Part shown: positions 1-11,646 of the stretch, piece by piece | Position numbering within the stretch: the stretch's first letter is position 1 | How the letters are laid out: each line of letters begins with the position of its first letter | Assembly: GCA_963700245.1 (NCBI GenBank) | Contig: CAVOWV010000017.1 | Span: 64,236-128,235 of the forward strand | Reading direction: 5' to 3' | Origin: an uncultured Chloroflexia bacterium | GTDB lineage: Bacteria; Chloroflexota; Limnocylindria; Limnocylindrales; CSP1-4 | DNA: 64,000 nucleotides | Notes under the pieces: model-generated | Told to the model about the DNA's origin: nothing | What the model saw: only the letters and a program-made list of their open reading frames with translations | Database searches by the model: none | Position numbers and translations under genes: made by a program

Positions 1-1133
1 GATCCCCTTGCCCCGCGGCTTGCCGGAGACCGCATACAGGATGGAGCCCAGGACGATCACCGAGAACACGCTGATCACGCGGTCGAGCAGGGCGATCGCG
101 GTCGCCTCCGGCAGCGGAGACCCCGTACACGAGCGTGAGGATGCCCACGATCCCCGCCTCCACGATGCCCAGCCCCGCCGGGCTCAGCGGAACCGCCGTG
201 AGCAGCGAGCCGATGAGGGCGACGAAGACCGCCCCCGAGATCCCGAGCTCGACATCGGCAAACCCGAACGCCTTGACCACGAAGAACAGGCGCATCGCCT
301 CGGTCATCCAGATCGCGATGCTGAGCAGCGGCCAGGCCGGGCAGCTGCTTGCGGTTCAGGGCACCGAACACCCCCTGCTCGAACCGGTCGTAGAACTCCA
401 CGATCCGCTGCGGGAAGGGCAGCGCCACGAGGATCCGCCGTCCGAAGTTGCGCAGCGTGAACAGCGCGACCGCGAGCAGGACGACGATCACGATCGCGAT
501 CCCGAAGACCACCTGGATCTCCGGGGGCAGGCCGTTTCGGAAGCTCCAGTAGCCCGCCGCGATGCCGAGCAGCGCGATCGTGAAGATGTCCAGGATCCGC
601 TCGATGAACACCGTCCCGAACGTGCGGCTGAGGGAGGCATCGCTGTTGATCCGCAGCAGGTAGGCGCGGTAGACGTCGCCCAGCTTGGCAGGGATCAGGC
701 AGTTGACCAGCCAGGACAGGTACAGGATCTCCGTCGAGTCCTTGACCTCGATGCGGAACCCGGTCCCGCGGAGCAGCAAGGCCCAGCGCAGCCCGCGCAG
801 GGGGAAGCCCAGGTAGAACACGATGAACGCGACCAGGACGAGGACCGGGTCGGCGCCGGCGATCAGCTCGGGGACCTTGGACAGGGCCTCGCGGTTGAGC
901 GCCACGAAGAAGCCGATGATCGCGAGCGGGATGAGGATCGAGACGATGGTCCGCGTCTGGCGAAGCCGGCTGCTCAGCGACACCCGCTCGATGGCGTCGG
1001 CATTCGCGTCCTCGCCGAGGATCCCCGGCGCATCCTCGGGCAGATCCTCCGGCCGGTCCTCGGGCCGATCCGGCTCGGGCGGCTGGCTGGCGTCGGGCGG
1101 CTGGCTGGGGCTGGGCACCTGTGGCTCACTCAT
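1..1133 (-). CDS. Flippase-like / lysylphosphatidylglycerol-synthase TM-region family membrane protein (UPF0104-like). The 3' end runs off the window and the frame is disrupted as assembled.
   Basis: ORF 75..1190 is multi-TM (SILIPLAIIGFFVAL..., LVNCLIPAKLGDVYRAYLL). After ...GALNRKQLPGL the protein continues in other frames: first LLSIAIWMTEAMRLFFVVKAFGF..., then ...PLPEATAIALLDRVISVFSVIVLGSILYAVSGKPRGKG, open to base 1. This implies two apparent indels near 330 and near 120. The ATG at 1133 overlaps the stop of the PHP gene (ATGAGTGA). Confidence 0.6.
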
Positions 1134-1845
1134 TCGGCAGACCCGCGCTGTCCGCGGGCGGCGGGACCACGCGCCCGTTCCCCCGGGCACGGTTGACGAG
1201 CTTGGAGAACGGGGTCAGGGTGCGCACGATATACGACGCGCGGCCCGGCACGATCTCGACATTGGTCAGGGCCGCCAGCAGTCCTTCCGGCGTGGATGGG
1301 TCCACGGAGACCACGTTGTAGGCCACGCCCACCTCGAGCGTGCTGTGCGCGTCCGAGGCGGCAACCCCGGGCAGTCCCAGCTCGCGCGCAAAGGTGGCCG
1401 CGCGCAGGTTGCCATCGCCGCCCACGACGCGCGCGTTGTGGGCCTCGACCCAGTCCACCAGCTGGCCGATGGCCTCGAGCCGTGGATCCTTGAGCATGGA
1501 GCCCCGGTACTTGTCGAATGGATGGGGGATCCCAACCAGGCCGCCCTGCTCGCGAACCTCGGCGATCGTCTCGCGGGCCGGGCGCCCCGGGGCCACGACC
1601 CGCTCGAGGAACAGCGCGATGAGGTCGCCGTCGGCGGTCTTGACCTCCTCGCCCACGATGATCGTGAGCCCATCGGGCGCGGCGTCACGGGCCTCGAGGG
1701 CCCCATCGATCCGGTCGTGATCCGTGATCGCGAGGTGGGTGAGCCCGCGCGACGCCGCGGCCTTCACCACCGACTCCGGCGATGCCAGGCAATCGAAGCT
1801 CGCCGACGTGTGGCAGTGCAGGTCGACGAAGTACCTCACCCCCAC
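1126..1845 (-). CDS. PHP-domain metal-dependent phosphoesterase
   Basis: The N-terminus is DLHCHTSASFDC...LAITDHD, with later HPF.. and SDAHS motifs typical of the PHP family. The ORF is intact at 239 aa. Confidence 0.8.
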   Translation of the reverse strand: MGVRYFVDLHCHTSASFDCLASPESVVKAAASRGLTHLAITDHDRIDGALEARDAAPDGLTIIVGEEVKTADGDLIALFLERVVAPGRPARETIAEVREQGGLVGIPHPFDKYRGSMLKDPRLEAIGQLVDWVEAHNARVVGGDGNLRAATFARELGLPGVAASDAHSTLEVGVAYNVVSVDPSTPEGLLAALTNVEIVPGRASYIVRTLTPFSKLVNRARGNGRVVPPPADSAGLPNE

Positions 1846-1878
1846 GCCCGCACCTCGCCCCGAACCATGGCCGCCCGG

Positions 1879-2877
1879 CTAGATCTGGGAGACCAGCGAC
1901 TTCTTGAAGAAGTCGAAGTGCTCGAGCGCAAGGCCGGTGCCCAGCGCCACGCAGTTGAGCGAGTTCTCGGCGACGTGGCAGGGGACGCCGGTGACCTGGG
2001 TCAGCAGCTTGTCGATGTTGCGCAACAGCGAGCCGCCGCCCGACATGACCATGCCCTTGTCGATGATGTCCGAGGACAGCTCCGGCGGCGTCTGCTCGAG
2101 CACCGAGCGGACCGCCGCGACCAGCTGCTGGAGCGGGATCTCGATGGCCTCCATGGCCTCGGAGGACGTGATCGGGATCGTGCGCGGCAGGCCGGCGATC
2201 AGGTCGCGGCCGCGGACCTCCATCGTGAGCTCGCGCTCCAGCGGCAGGGCGGTGCCGATCTGGATCTTGACCTCCTCCGCCGTCCGCTCGCCGATCATCA
2301 GGTTGTACTTCTTGCGGATGTAGGAGGCGATCGCCTCGTCGAACTTGTTGCCGCCCACGCGGAGGCTGTTGAACACCACGATGCCGCCCAGCGCGATCAC
2401 CGCGATCTCGGACGTGCCGCCGCCGATGTCGATGATCATGTTCCCGGACGGCCCGCTGATCGGCACGTTGGCGCCGATGGCGGCAGCGAGGGGCTCCTCG
2501 ATCAGGAACGCGTCCTTCGCGCCGGCCTTGAGGGCCGCGTCGCGGACCGCGCGCTTCTCGACGGAGGTCACGCCGGCGGGGACCGAGATCATCACCTCGG
2601 GCCGCGAGAAGCCGATGTGCCCCTTCGTGGCCTTGCCGATGAAGAAGCGGAGCATGGCCTCCGTGATCACGTAGTCGGCGATGACGCCGTCCTTCATGGG
2701 GCGGATGGCCTGGATGTTGCCGGGGGTGCGGCCGATCATCTCGCGGGCTTCCTCGCCCACGGCGACGATCCGGTTGTCCTCGCCAACCGCGACGACCGAG
2801 GGCTCGGTGATGACGATGCCCTTGCCCTTGACATAGACGATGACGTTCGCGGTTCCGAGGTCGATTCCAATCTTCAT
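1879..2877 (-). CDS. mreB: Rod shape-determining protein MreB
   Basis: [41 protein letters not shown] and the actin-fold motifs are present. 332 aa. Confidence 0.93.
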   Translation of the reverse strand: MKIGIDLGTANVIVYVKGKGIVITEPSVVAVGEDNRIVAVGEEAREMIGRTPGNIQAIRPMKDGVIADYVITEAMLRFFIGKATKGHIGFSRPEVMISVPAGVTSVEKRAVRDAALKAGAKDAFLIEEPLAAAIGANVPISGPSGNMIIDIGGGTSEIAVIALGGIVVFNSLRVGGNKFDEAIASYIRKKYNLMIGERTAEEVKIQIGTALPLERELTMEVRGRDLIAGLPRTIPITSSEAMEAIEIPLQQLVAAVRSVLEQTPPELSSDIIDKGMVMSGGGSLLRNIDKLLTQVTGVPCHVAENSLNCVALGTGLALEHFDFFKKSLVSQI

Positions 2878-2949
2878 GACGTGGGGAATGCTACTCCGTG
2901 CAGGCGCCGTGACCGGTCGGGTGCTGGCGCGGGAAGGATCGGGAGGCGG

Positions 2950-4281
2950 TCAGGCGGTGTCGGCCGACCGGGTGATGCTCGCTCCGAGCTGCTGGAACTT
3001 GCGGTCGATGTGCTCGTAGCCCCGGTGCACATGGTGGGCGCCGTGGATGAGCGAAGGACCGTCCGCGGCGAGGGCGGCCAGGATGAGGGACGCACCCGCG
3101 CGCAGGTCGCTGATGGATGCCTCGGCCCCGTGGAGACGGGCAGGCCCGTGGATGGACGCGTGGTGCGCGTCCTCGATGTCGATCCGGGCGCCCAGCTTGC
3201 GCAGCTCGGCCAGCCACTCGATGCGATCCTCGAAGACGGCCTCGTGCACGCGGGAGATGCCGCTCGCCTGGGTCAGGAGCACGCACACCGGCGGCTGGAC
3301 GTCCGTCGCGAGGCCAGGGTAGGGCGCGGTCTCGATGTCCCGCGCCCGGAGGTCGCCAGGTCGCAGGCCCGTCGCGTCGATCTCGATCGATGTCCGTCCG
3401 CAGGCGACCGGGACGCCGACCCTGCCCATGAGCTCCACCAGCGCGCCGACGTGGTCACAGGCGGCGTTCTCGAGGGTCAGCCTGCCGCCGGTCACCGCGG
3501 CGGCCACGAGGAACGTGCCGGTCTCGATGCGGTCGGGCATCACCGAGTGGTCGGCCCCGCGCAGGCGGCGGCGGCCGTGGACCTCGATCACGTCGGGGGC
3601 GGTGCGCTGGACGTCGGCGCCCATCTTGCCCAGGAACTCGATCAGGTCGTCCACCTCGGGCTCCTGCGCCGCGGGCTGGATCACCGTGTGGCCGTCGGCG
3701 AGGGTGGCGGCGAGCATCGCGTTCTCGGTGCCCATCACGGTCACCTGGGGGAAGGTGACCTCGCCGCCGCGGAGCCGTCCCGGCGCCTGGGCGAAGTAGT
3801 AGCCGTTGCGGTAGTCGATCTCGGCACCCAGCGCCCGCATCGCGTCGACGTGCAGGTTGACGGGTCGCCGGCCGATCCGGTCGCCACCCGGGTTGCTGAT
3901 GATGACCCGGCCGAACCGCGCCAGCAGCGGACCCAGCAGGATGAACGAGGCGCGCATCTTGGCGGCGGCCTCGAGCGGGATGAACTGCCAGTCCACGTCC
4001 CCCGCGGCGACCTCGTAGGTGCCGGGTCGCGGGTGATCCACCACGACGCCCAGGTCCACCAGGACCTCGGTCATGACGCGGACGTCCTCGATCTCGGGGA
4101 CGTTCTCGAAGCGGCAGCGCTCGCCGGTCAGGACCGCGGCGGCCAGCAGCTTGAGGGCGGCGTTCTTCGCCCCGGAGACGTGGACGGTCCCCCGGAGCGG
4201 TCGCCCGCCCTCGATCCGGAAGGCCTCCGGGGGCGGCGCCTCCGGGTGGTACTCCCAGTGGAAGGGCCGGGCGTCAGCCAT
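2950..4281 (-). CDS. murA: UDP-N-acetylglucosamine 1-carboxyvinyltransferase
   Basis: 443 aa with the EPSP-synthase fold: GAKNAALKLLAA, NPGGDRIGRRPVNLH and ISDLRAGASLILAAL. Confidence 0.92.
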   Translation of the reverse strand: MADARPFHWEYHPEAPPPEAFRIEGGRPLRGTVHVSGAKNAALKLLAAAVLTGERCRFENVPEIEDVRVMTEVLVDLGVVVDHPRPGTYEVAAGDVDWQFIPLEAAAKMRASFILLGPLLARFGRVIISNPGGDRIGRRPVNLHVDAMRALGAEIDYRNGYYFAQAPGRLRGGEVTFPQVTVMGTENAMLAATLADGHTVIQPAAQEPEVDDLIEFLGKMGADVQRTAPDVIEVHGRRRLRGADHSVMPDRIETGTFLVAAAVTGGRLTLENAACDHVGALVELMGRVGVPVACGRTSIEIDATGLRPGDLRARDIETAPYPGLATDVQPPVCVLLTQASGISRVHEAVFEDRIEWLAELRKLGARIDIEDAHHASIHGPARLHGAEASISDLRAGASLILAALAADGPSLIHGAHHVHRGYEHIDRKFQQLGASITRSADTA

Positions 4282-4284
4282 CTG

Positions 4285-4713
4285 TCAGCCGCGCGAACGC
4301 GGACCCTCCGTGCGACGACGCTCGGCGACACGGATCCGGAGCAGGGCCTGCTGGAGCTCCGCTCGGGCGACGGCCAGGTCGGCCCCCTCCACGTACCCGG
4401 TCTCCAGGGCGCGCTCCGCCTCGCGCCGGGCCTCCCGGGCCAGGTCGAGGTCGATCTCCGAGGCCATGTCCGCGGTCTCCGCCATCACGACGACCTTGTC
4501 GGGCCGGACCTGGAGGAACCCGCCGGCGATGGCGAAGCTCTCCTCGTCGCTGCCCTTGCGGATCTTGAGCTCGCCCACGCCGAGCAGGCTGACGAGCGGC
4601 GCGTGGTGCGGCAGGATCCCGAGCTCGCCGGCGATGCCCGGGACGAGCACCATGTCGACCTCGTCCGAGTACGCCAGCCGCTCGGGAGTGACGATTTCCA
4701 GGTGGAGCGGCAT
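4285..4713 (-). CDS. atpC: F0F1 ATP synthase subunit epsilon
   Basis: MPLHLEIVTPERL..VLVPGIAGELGILPHHAPL. It is last in the atp cluster. I chose the ATG at 4713; the ORF track starts slightly upstream at 4728. Confidence 0.88.
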   Translation of the reverse strand: MPLHLEIVTPERLAYSDEVDMVLVPGIAGELGILPHHAPLVSLLGVGELKIRKGSDEESFAIAGGFLQVRPDKVVVMAETADMASEIDLDLAREARREAERALETGYVEGADLAVARAELQQALLRIRVAERRRTEGPRSRG

Positions 4714-4733
4714 CAGTTCACACCCCAATGACG

Positions 4734-5016
4734 GCCGCTCTCGCCTTGCCGCGCTGTCGGCTCGCTTCCAGTCCTGCGGGACTGAGAGCGCCCGCCATCG
4801 CGACGGCTACGCGGCCTGCGTTGAGTCGGTACTCAACCCCACCCCCCAACCAGCGCACACGGTGGCGGGGGTTCAGGGGGCGCTCCTCGCCGGCCTCAGG
4901 GCGGTAGGGAGGAGGTTGAGGGAGGGGCCGCCCGGCGTAGCCGCGCCGACTGGCGGGCGACCTCAGTCGACGAAGGAGACTGGAGGCGAGCCGGAAGCGG
5001 TGCGGCGAGAGCGGGC
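4734..5016. repeat. Imperfect palindrome (long hairpin or MITE-like element) of about 285 nt, filling the atpD-atpC gap
   Basis: Left arm 4734-4774 (GCCGCTCTCGCCTTGCCGCGCTGTCGGCTCGCTTCCAGTCC) is close to the reverse complement of right arm 4975-5016. A second tier pairs 4776-4820 with 4928-4973 (ACTGAG..CGCCCGCCA..CGGCTACGC on both arms). An inner C-rich segment pairs with a G-rich segment, and there is a GTTGAGTCGGTACTCAAC hairpin. Confidence 0.7.
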
Positions 5017-5029
5017 GTGAGATTCAAGG

Positions 5030-6472
<1,443 letters not shown>

Positions 6473-7333
6473 CTAGCGAGCCTGGGCGCCGCTCGCGATT
6501 TCGACCATCTCGCGAGTGATGTTGGCCTGACGGACCTTGTTGTAGGACAGGGTGAGATCGTCGATGAGCTCCTCGGCGTTCTCCGTGGCGTTCTTCATCG
6601 CGACCATCTGGCTGGAGAAGAAGCTCGCCGTGGTCTCGAGGACCGCGGCGTACAGGCGCGTGGCCACGTACCGCGGGAGCAGCGCCTCGAGGAACGCGCC
6701 GGGGTTCGGCTCGAACAGGAACTGGTTGCCCGGGATGCCGTCGATGTCCTCGGCCGGCACGATCGGCAGCAGCTGCTCCATGACCGGGCGCTGGACGAGG
6801 GTGGACACGAACCGGGGGTAGATGACGTCCACGCGGTCGTACACGCCGGCCACGAAGTCATCCGCCACCAGCCGCGCGATCGGCAGGGTGTCGGCGAACG
6901 AGGGGCGCTCCCCGAAGCCCTCGAAGTAGGCGGCGATCGGGACGCGGGCGCGGCGCATCGCGTCGCGACCCTTGCGGCCGACGGGGACCACCTTGAGGTC
7001 GCCGGGGTGCTCGGTGATCTCGCGAGCCACGAACCGGACGGTGTTGGTGTTGAGGGCGCCGGCCAGGCCCCGGTCGGAGGTCATGATGACGATCAGCCGG
7101 TTGTGCTCCGCGTGGAGATCCCGGCCGGCCAGCAGCGGGTGCTCGTCGTTGCCCAGCACGCCGGCGAGATCCGCGATGACCTCGTCCAGCTTCTCGCGAT
7201 AGGGCCGCGCAGCCAGCGTCGATTCCTGGGCCCGGCGCAGCTTGGAGGCCGCGACGAACTGCATCGCCCGGGTGATCTGCTTGATGTTCTTCGCCGACCC
7301 GATGCGGCGGCGAATCTCACGCTGGCTCGGCAT
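6473..7333 (-). CDS. atpG: F0F1 ATP synthase subunit gamma
   Basis: MPSQREIRRRIGSAKNIKQITRAMQFVAASKLRRAQ; 286 aa. Confidence 0.95.
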   Translation of the reverse strand: MPSQREIRRRIGSAKNIKQITRAMQFVAASKLRRAQESTLAARPYREKLDEVIADLAGVLGNDEHPLLAGRDLHAEHNRLIVIMTSDRGLAGALNTNTVRFVAREITEHPGDLKVVPVGRKGRDAMRRARVPIAAYFEGFGERPSFADTLPIARLVADDFVAGVYDRVDVIYPRFVSTLVQRPVMEQLLPIVPAEDIDGIPGNQFLFEPNPGAFLEALLPRYVATRLYAAVLETTASFFSSQMVAMKNATENAEELIDDLTLSYNKVRQANITREMVEIASGAQAR

Positions 7334-7336
7334 GGG

Positions 7337-8869
7337 TCAGGCCAGGAAGCCCTGGCGGAAGGCATCGATCGCCTCGTCCAGCGCCGAGGCGATCTCGTCC
7401 GTCAGCGCCCGCGACGCGGCGAGGTCCGTGAGGATGCTCGGCCGCTCGGTCTCGAGGAACCGGTACAGCTGCGTCTCGAACTCCTTGACCCGCGGGGTCG
7501 GGATGTCGTCCAGCTTGCCCGTCGTGGCGGCCACGAGGATCGCGACCTGCTTCTCCACCGGGAGCGGCTGGTACTGGGGCTGCTTGACGATCTCGGACAG
7601 CTTCTCGCCCCGGTTCAGCTGGTCGCGGGTGGCCTTGTCCAGGTCGCCGGCGAACTGCGCGAACGCCGCGAGGGCGCGGTACTGCGCGAGGTCCAGCTTG
7701 AGCGGCCCGGCCACCTTCTTCATCGCCTTGGTCTGGGCGGCGGAGCCCACCCGGGAGACGGAGATGCCGATGTTCATGGCGGGCCGCTGGCCGGCGTTGA
7801 ACAGGTCGGTCTCGAGGAAGATCTGGCCGTCCGTGATCGAGATCACGTTGGTCGGGATGTAGGCCGAGACGTCGTTCGCCTGGGTCTCGACGATCGGCAG
7901 CGCGGTCAGCGATCCGCCCCCGTTCGCGTCGCTCATGCGCGCGGCGCGCTCGAGGAGGCGGCTGTGGAGGTAGAAGACGTCGCCGGGGTACGCCTCGCGG
8001 CCGGGCGGCCGGCGGAGGAGCAGGGCCATCTCGCGGTAGGCCCAGGCGTGCTTGGACAGGTCGTCGTAGACGCACAGGGCGTCCTTGATCAGGCGGCCGC
8101 CGATCTCGACGCCGGCCTCCATGACCTCCTCGCCCATGGCCACGCCGCTGTACGGGGCGAGGTACTGGAGCGGGGCCGGGTCCTCGGCGCCCGCGACCAC
8201 GACGATCGTGTGCTCCATCGCGCCGTACTTCTCGAGCGTCGCGACGGTCTGGGCCACGGTGGACAGCTTCTGCCCGATCGCGACGTAGATGCAGACGAGG
8301 TCGCCACCCCGCTGGTTGATGATCGTGTCGATCGCGATGGCGGTCTTGCCGGTCTGGCGGTCGCCGATGATGAGCTCGCGCTGGCCACGGCCGATGGGGA
8401 TCAGCGCGTCGACGGCCTTGATGCCGGTCTGGACCGGCGTGTCGACCGACTTGCGCGTGATGACGCCGGGGGCGATGCGCTCGACCGGACGGGTCCGGGT
8501 GGCGGCGATCTCGCCCTTGCCATCGAGCGGGCGGCCCAGCGGGTCCACGACGCGGCCGAGCAGGGCTTCGCCGACCGGGACCTCGACGACACGGCCCGTG
8601 GTCCGGACCTGGTCGCCCTCCTTGATGGCGTTGGCGTTGCCCAGGATGACCGCGCCGACCGTCTCCTCCTCGAGGTTGAGGGCCATGCCCATCACCCCGT
8701 TGGGGAACTCGAGGAGCTCGGACATCAGGGCGGCGTCGAGGCCGTAGACCTGGGCGATGCCGTCACCGACCTCGACGACGGTCCCGACGCTGCGGGTCTC
8801 CGTGCTGCCGTCGAAATCGGCGATCTGGCTCTTGATGATGCTGATGATCTCGTCTGACCGGATGGCCAT
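7337..8869 (-). CDS. atpA: F0F1 ATP synthase subunit alpha
   Basis: 510 aa with P-loop GDRQTGKTA. Confidence 0.97.
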   Translation of the reverse strand: MAIRSDEIISIIKSQIADFDGSTETRSVGTVVEVGDGIAQVYGLDAALMSELLEFPNGVMGMALNLEEETVGAVILGNANAIKEGDQVRTTGRVVEVPVGEALLGRVVDPLGRPLDGKGEIAATRTRPVERIAPGVITRKSVDTPVQTGIKAVDALIPIGRGQRELIIGDRQTGKTAIAIDTIINQRGGDLVCIYVAIGQKLSTVAQTVATLEKYGAMEHTIVVVAGAEDPAPLQYLAPYSGVAMGEEVMEAGVEIGGRLIKDALCVYDDLSKHAWAYREMALLLRRPPGREAYPGDVFYLHSRLLERAARMSDANGGGSLTALPIVETQANDVSAYIPTNVISITDGQIFLETDLFNAGQRPAMNIGISVSRVGSAAQTKAMKKVAGPLKLDLAQYRALAAFAQFAGDLDKATRDQLNRGEKLSEIVKQPQYQPLPVEKQVAILVAATTGKLDDIPTPRVKEFETQLYRFLETERPSILTDLAASRALTDEIASALDEAIDAFRQGFLA

Positions 8870-8889
8870 CGCGTCTCCGTTCGGGCGGT

Positions 8890-9441
8890 CTAGCGGGAGC
8901 GGGTGCCCGCGTGGAGCTGGTCGCGCAACCGCTCGAGGCGGCCGCGGATCGATGCGTCGAGAAGCCGGTCGCGGACCTGGATCGTCAGGCCCCCGATGAG
9001 CGCCGGGTCCACCTCCGCACGGAGGTCGACCCGGGAACCGGCCATCGCCTCGACCCGGGTGCGGATCGCGGCGGTCTCGTCTGCGGTGAGCGGCACGGCG
9101 CTGGTGACCGTGGCCATGACCACACCGCGGTGGGCGTTGAGCAGGCGGTTGTACTCCTCGCTGATGCGGGGCAGGGCGTGCACCTTGCCGCGCTGGACGA
9201 CGAGCGTCACCAGCCGGAGGGACCCACGGGAGATCCGGGGCTCCAGCATCTGGCGCACGATCTCGACTCGCTCGTCGAGCGGCACCGCAGGGCTGTGCAC
9301 CGTCGGCTCCACATCAGGCCGGTCGAGGATCTCCGCCGCGAGGGCGAGGTCCCCCTGCCAGCCGTCAAGCCGGTCCTCCGCGAGGGCCACCTCGAAGGCG
9401 GCCTCCGCGTAGCGCCGGGCGGCGGCGACGGGTCTGCTCAT
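8890..9441 (-). CDS. atpH: F0F1 ATP synthase subunit delta
   Basis: 183 aa and OSCP-like ([12 protein letters not shown]...). It sits between atpF and atpA. Confidence 0.88.
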   Translation of the reverse strand: MSRPVAAARRYAEAAFEVALAEDRLDGWQGDLALAAEILDRPDVEPTVHSPAVPLDERVEIVRQMLEPRISRGSLRLVTLVVQRGKVHALPRISEEYNRLLNAHRGVVMATVTSAVPLTADETAAIRTRVEAMAGSRVDLRAEVDPALIGGLTIQVRDRLLDASIRGRLERLRDQLHAGTRSR

Positions 9442-10019
9442 CAGTTGTTCGATCCGCCAGCGGCGGGATCGGCCAGGAAGTCGGCGACGAGCTTGCGCTG
9501 GCGGTCGGAGGTCATCGAGTCACCGACCACGCGCCCGGCGGCGGCGAGGGCGAGGTCGGTGACCTCACCACGCAGCTCGGCGATGGCCCGCTGCTTCTCC
9601 CCCTCGATCTCGGCTGCGGCGCGCTCCTTCAGGCGGGCCAGCTCCTCGCGGGTGGCCGCGATGTCCTGCTCGCGCGTCTCGGCCGCGACCTTCTGGGCGC
9701 GGTTGATGATCTCGTTGGCCTCGCGGCGAGCCTCCTGCAGCGCGGCGAGCCGCTCCTGCTCGGCGGACTCGCGGTCATGGCGGGCCTGCTCGGCGTCCTT
9801 GAGGCCCTGCTCGATCCGCTCGCGGCGCTCGGCCAGCGTCTTCTGCAGACCCGCGAGGGCGAACTCGCGGACCAGGAAGAAGAACAGGACGAAGGTCGTC
9901 GACGCGACGATGATCCAGAACAGGTTGATCTGGAACGGCTCCGAGGCCCCCTCGCCGCCCTCAGCGGACAGTGCGGCGACCTGGCGGGCGCCATCACGGA
10001 CGAGGGCGAGGATGTTCAC
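9441..10019 (-). CDS. atpF: F0F1 ATP synthase subunit b
   Basis: A single N-terminal TM helix (INLFWIIVASTTFVLFFFLV) is followed by a long charged coiled coil. Position in the operon supports the call. Confidence 0.85.
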   Translation of the reverse strand: MNILALVRDGARQVAALSAEGGEGASEPFQINLFWIIVASTTFVLFFFLVREFALAGLQKTLAERRERIEQGLKDAEQARHDRESAEQERLAALQEARREANEIINRAQKVAAETREQDIAATREELARLKERAAAEIEGEKQRAIAELRGEVTDLALAAAGRVVGDSMTSDRQRKLVADFLADPAAGGSNN

Positions 10020-10028
10020 GGCCGGCGA

Positions 10029-10241
10029 CTACGCGGCGAAGATCGCGAGGAGGCCGACGACGATCGCGAGCACGCCAAGGCCCTCGGCGAAGGCCGCGAG
10101 GATGATGGCGAGACCGCGGATCTGACCGGCGGCATCCGGGTTGCGGCCAATCGCGCTGCTCGACATGCCGGCAAGGATGCCGATGCCGATGCCGGGGCCA
10201 AGGACGCCCAGAGCGGCGATGCCGGCGCCAATCGCTTCCAT
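10029..10241 (-). CDS. atpE: F0F1 ATP synthase subunit c
   Basis: A 70-aa two-helix proteolipid with a GxGxGxG motif (GPGIGIGILAG) and the conserved carboxylate in helix 2 (AFAEGLG). Confidence 0.92.
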   Translation of the reverse strand: MEAIGAGIAALGVLGPGIGIGILAGMSSSAIGRNPDAAGQIRGLAIILAAFAEGLGVLAIVVGLLAIFAA

Positions 10242-10295
10242 CGAGTGAAACCCTCCATTCGACCCGGGGTTGGCCGGGTTCAGGTGCCTAGGTGA

Positions 10296-11257
10296 TCAGT
10301 GGGCCCCGGCCGTCGCCAGCTCGGGATCCGCGGGGGTGGGGTGCGGCTCGTGCTTCTCATCGTGCTCGTCGCCGTGATGCTCGATCGCCGCAAGGGTGAA
10401 CATGAGCGTGAGCGTGCTGAAGATGAGCGCCTGGACGAGGTTCAGCATGACCTCGAGGGCGTACATGGCAAGGGGGATGAGCGCCACGGTCAGCGCCGTG
10501 AGGACGCCGAGGGCGACCTCGCCACCGTAGACGTTGCCGAAGAGTCGCATCGACAGCGTCACGGGCTTGACGAACTCCAGGAGGAGCTCCACGAGGCCCA
10601 CGAACATCGCGATCAGGCCGGCCCCGATCCCCTTTCGGAACTCGCCGAGCGGGAAGAACTTGCCGAGGTAGCCGATGCCCAGGTGCTTGAAGCCCTGGTA
10701 CTGGAAGAAGAAGAACGCGACCAGGGCGAGCCCGATCGTGACATTGACGTCGCTGGTGGGGGCACGGAACCAGATGACCCTGCCGACGCCGGGAATGAGC
10801 CCGGACCAGTTGCTGAACAGGATCAGGAGGAAGAAGGCGGCGAACAGCGGGATGTAGGGCTTCGCCCCCGGGCCGCCCAGCGACATGGCGAAGTTCTCGA
10901 GGGTCTCGAAGATCCACTCGGCCACGTTCTGGCGGCCGGAGGGGATCATCTTCGCGCCCCGGGTCATCAGCCAGAACGAGAGGATCACCACGATCGCCAC
11001 GATCCACAGCGTCAGGAGCGTGGACGAGATGCTCGGGTCGAAGACCACGAGGCCGGGCGGCGCTGGTGGCCGGGCGGGTACACCACGTGGGGCGCGGGCA
11101 GCTCGAGGTTGCCGTTGATGAAGCAGACCGGGTAGACGCACTCGGCCTCGACGCCCTCGGCGGCAAACGGGTCGAAGGGCGGCACCACGAAGAACGCGAT
11201 GACGTCGATCACGATGACGGCCGCGAGCATCAGCAGGATGCGGTTGCGTCGGCTCAT
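10296..11257 (-). CDS. atpB: F0F1 ATP synthase subunit a, frame-disrupted as assembled
   Basis: The C-terminal 240 aa are in ORF 10296..11141 (LSMRLFGNVYGGE). The N-terminus MSRRNRILLMLAAV..., with a GGAGGG RBS, is in ORF 11012..11326 in another frame. One indel lies near 11080. Confidence 0.85.
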
Positions 11258-11354
11258 CGGCCCGCTCCCTCCACCCAGGTATGGCGCGTCACGTCTCCTC
11301 CAAGCAGCGGCGCGGCCATCGGCCACGCATCGTCCGTGCCCGTTCCGTGGCCGG

Positions 11355-11567
11355 TCAATCCAACCGCTTCAGGAACCGTGTTACCAGGCGGTGGATGGCC
11401 ACCGCTCCCAGACCCGCGCCGGCGAGAAAGCCGACGAGAACGAACAGCGGTTGCGTTCCGAGCCGCTGGTCCACCCAGTAGCCCGCCGCCACGCCGACGA
11501 GGGTCGTCACAAGAAGGACCAGGCCGATCTCGGAGAAGAGCGCGAGGTATCCGAAGCCGGCGTTCAT
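11355..11567 (-). CDS. AtpZ/AtpI-like small membrane protein
   Basis: A 70-aa two-TM protein located directly upstream of atpB. Confidence 0.6.
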   Translation of the reverse strand: MNAGFGYLALFSEIGLVLLVTTLVGVAAGYWVDQRLGTQPLFVLVGFLAGAGLGAVAIHRLVTRFLKRLD

Positions 11568-11646
11568 GGGCGACCGTTCACCGCGCGGGTGACTATACCA
11601 GAGGGCACACGAGGTCCGGAACAGGAGGGTTCGGGACCCGGAACGC

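Noticed and set aside
823-4731. Very long ORFs antisense to or overlapping recognised genes: 823..4731 (+), 5357..8857 (+), 16842..19370 (-), most of 22532..25213 (+), 28817..31195 (-) upstream of 29245, 43746..46172 (-), 56451..58460 (-) and 24562..26553 (+)
   Set aside because: Their translations are Arg/Ala/Gly/Pro-rich low-complexity strings with no motifs. They lie opposite well-supported genes (atp, murA, glyA, nirK neighbours, DUF885, LAL). These are typical shadow ORFs of a stop-poor, very GC-rich genome.
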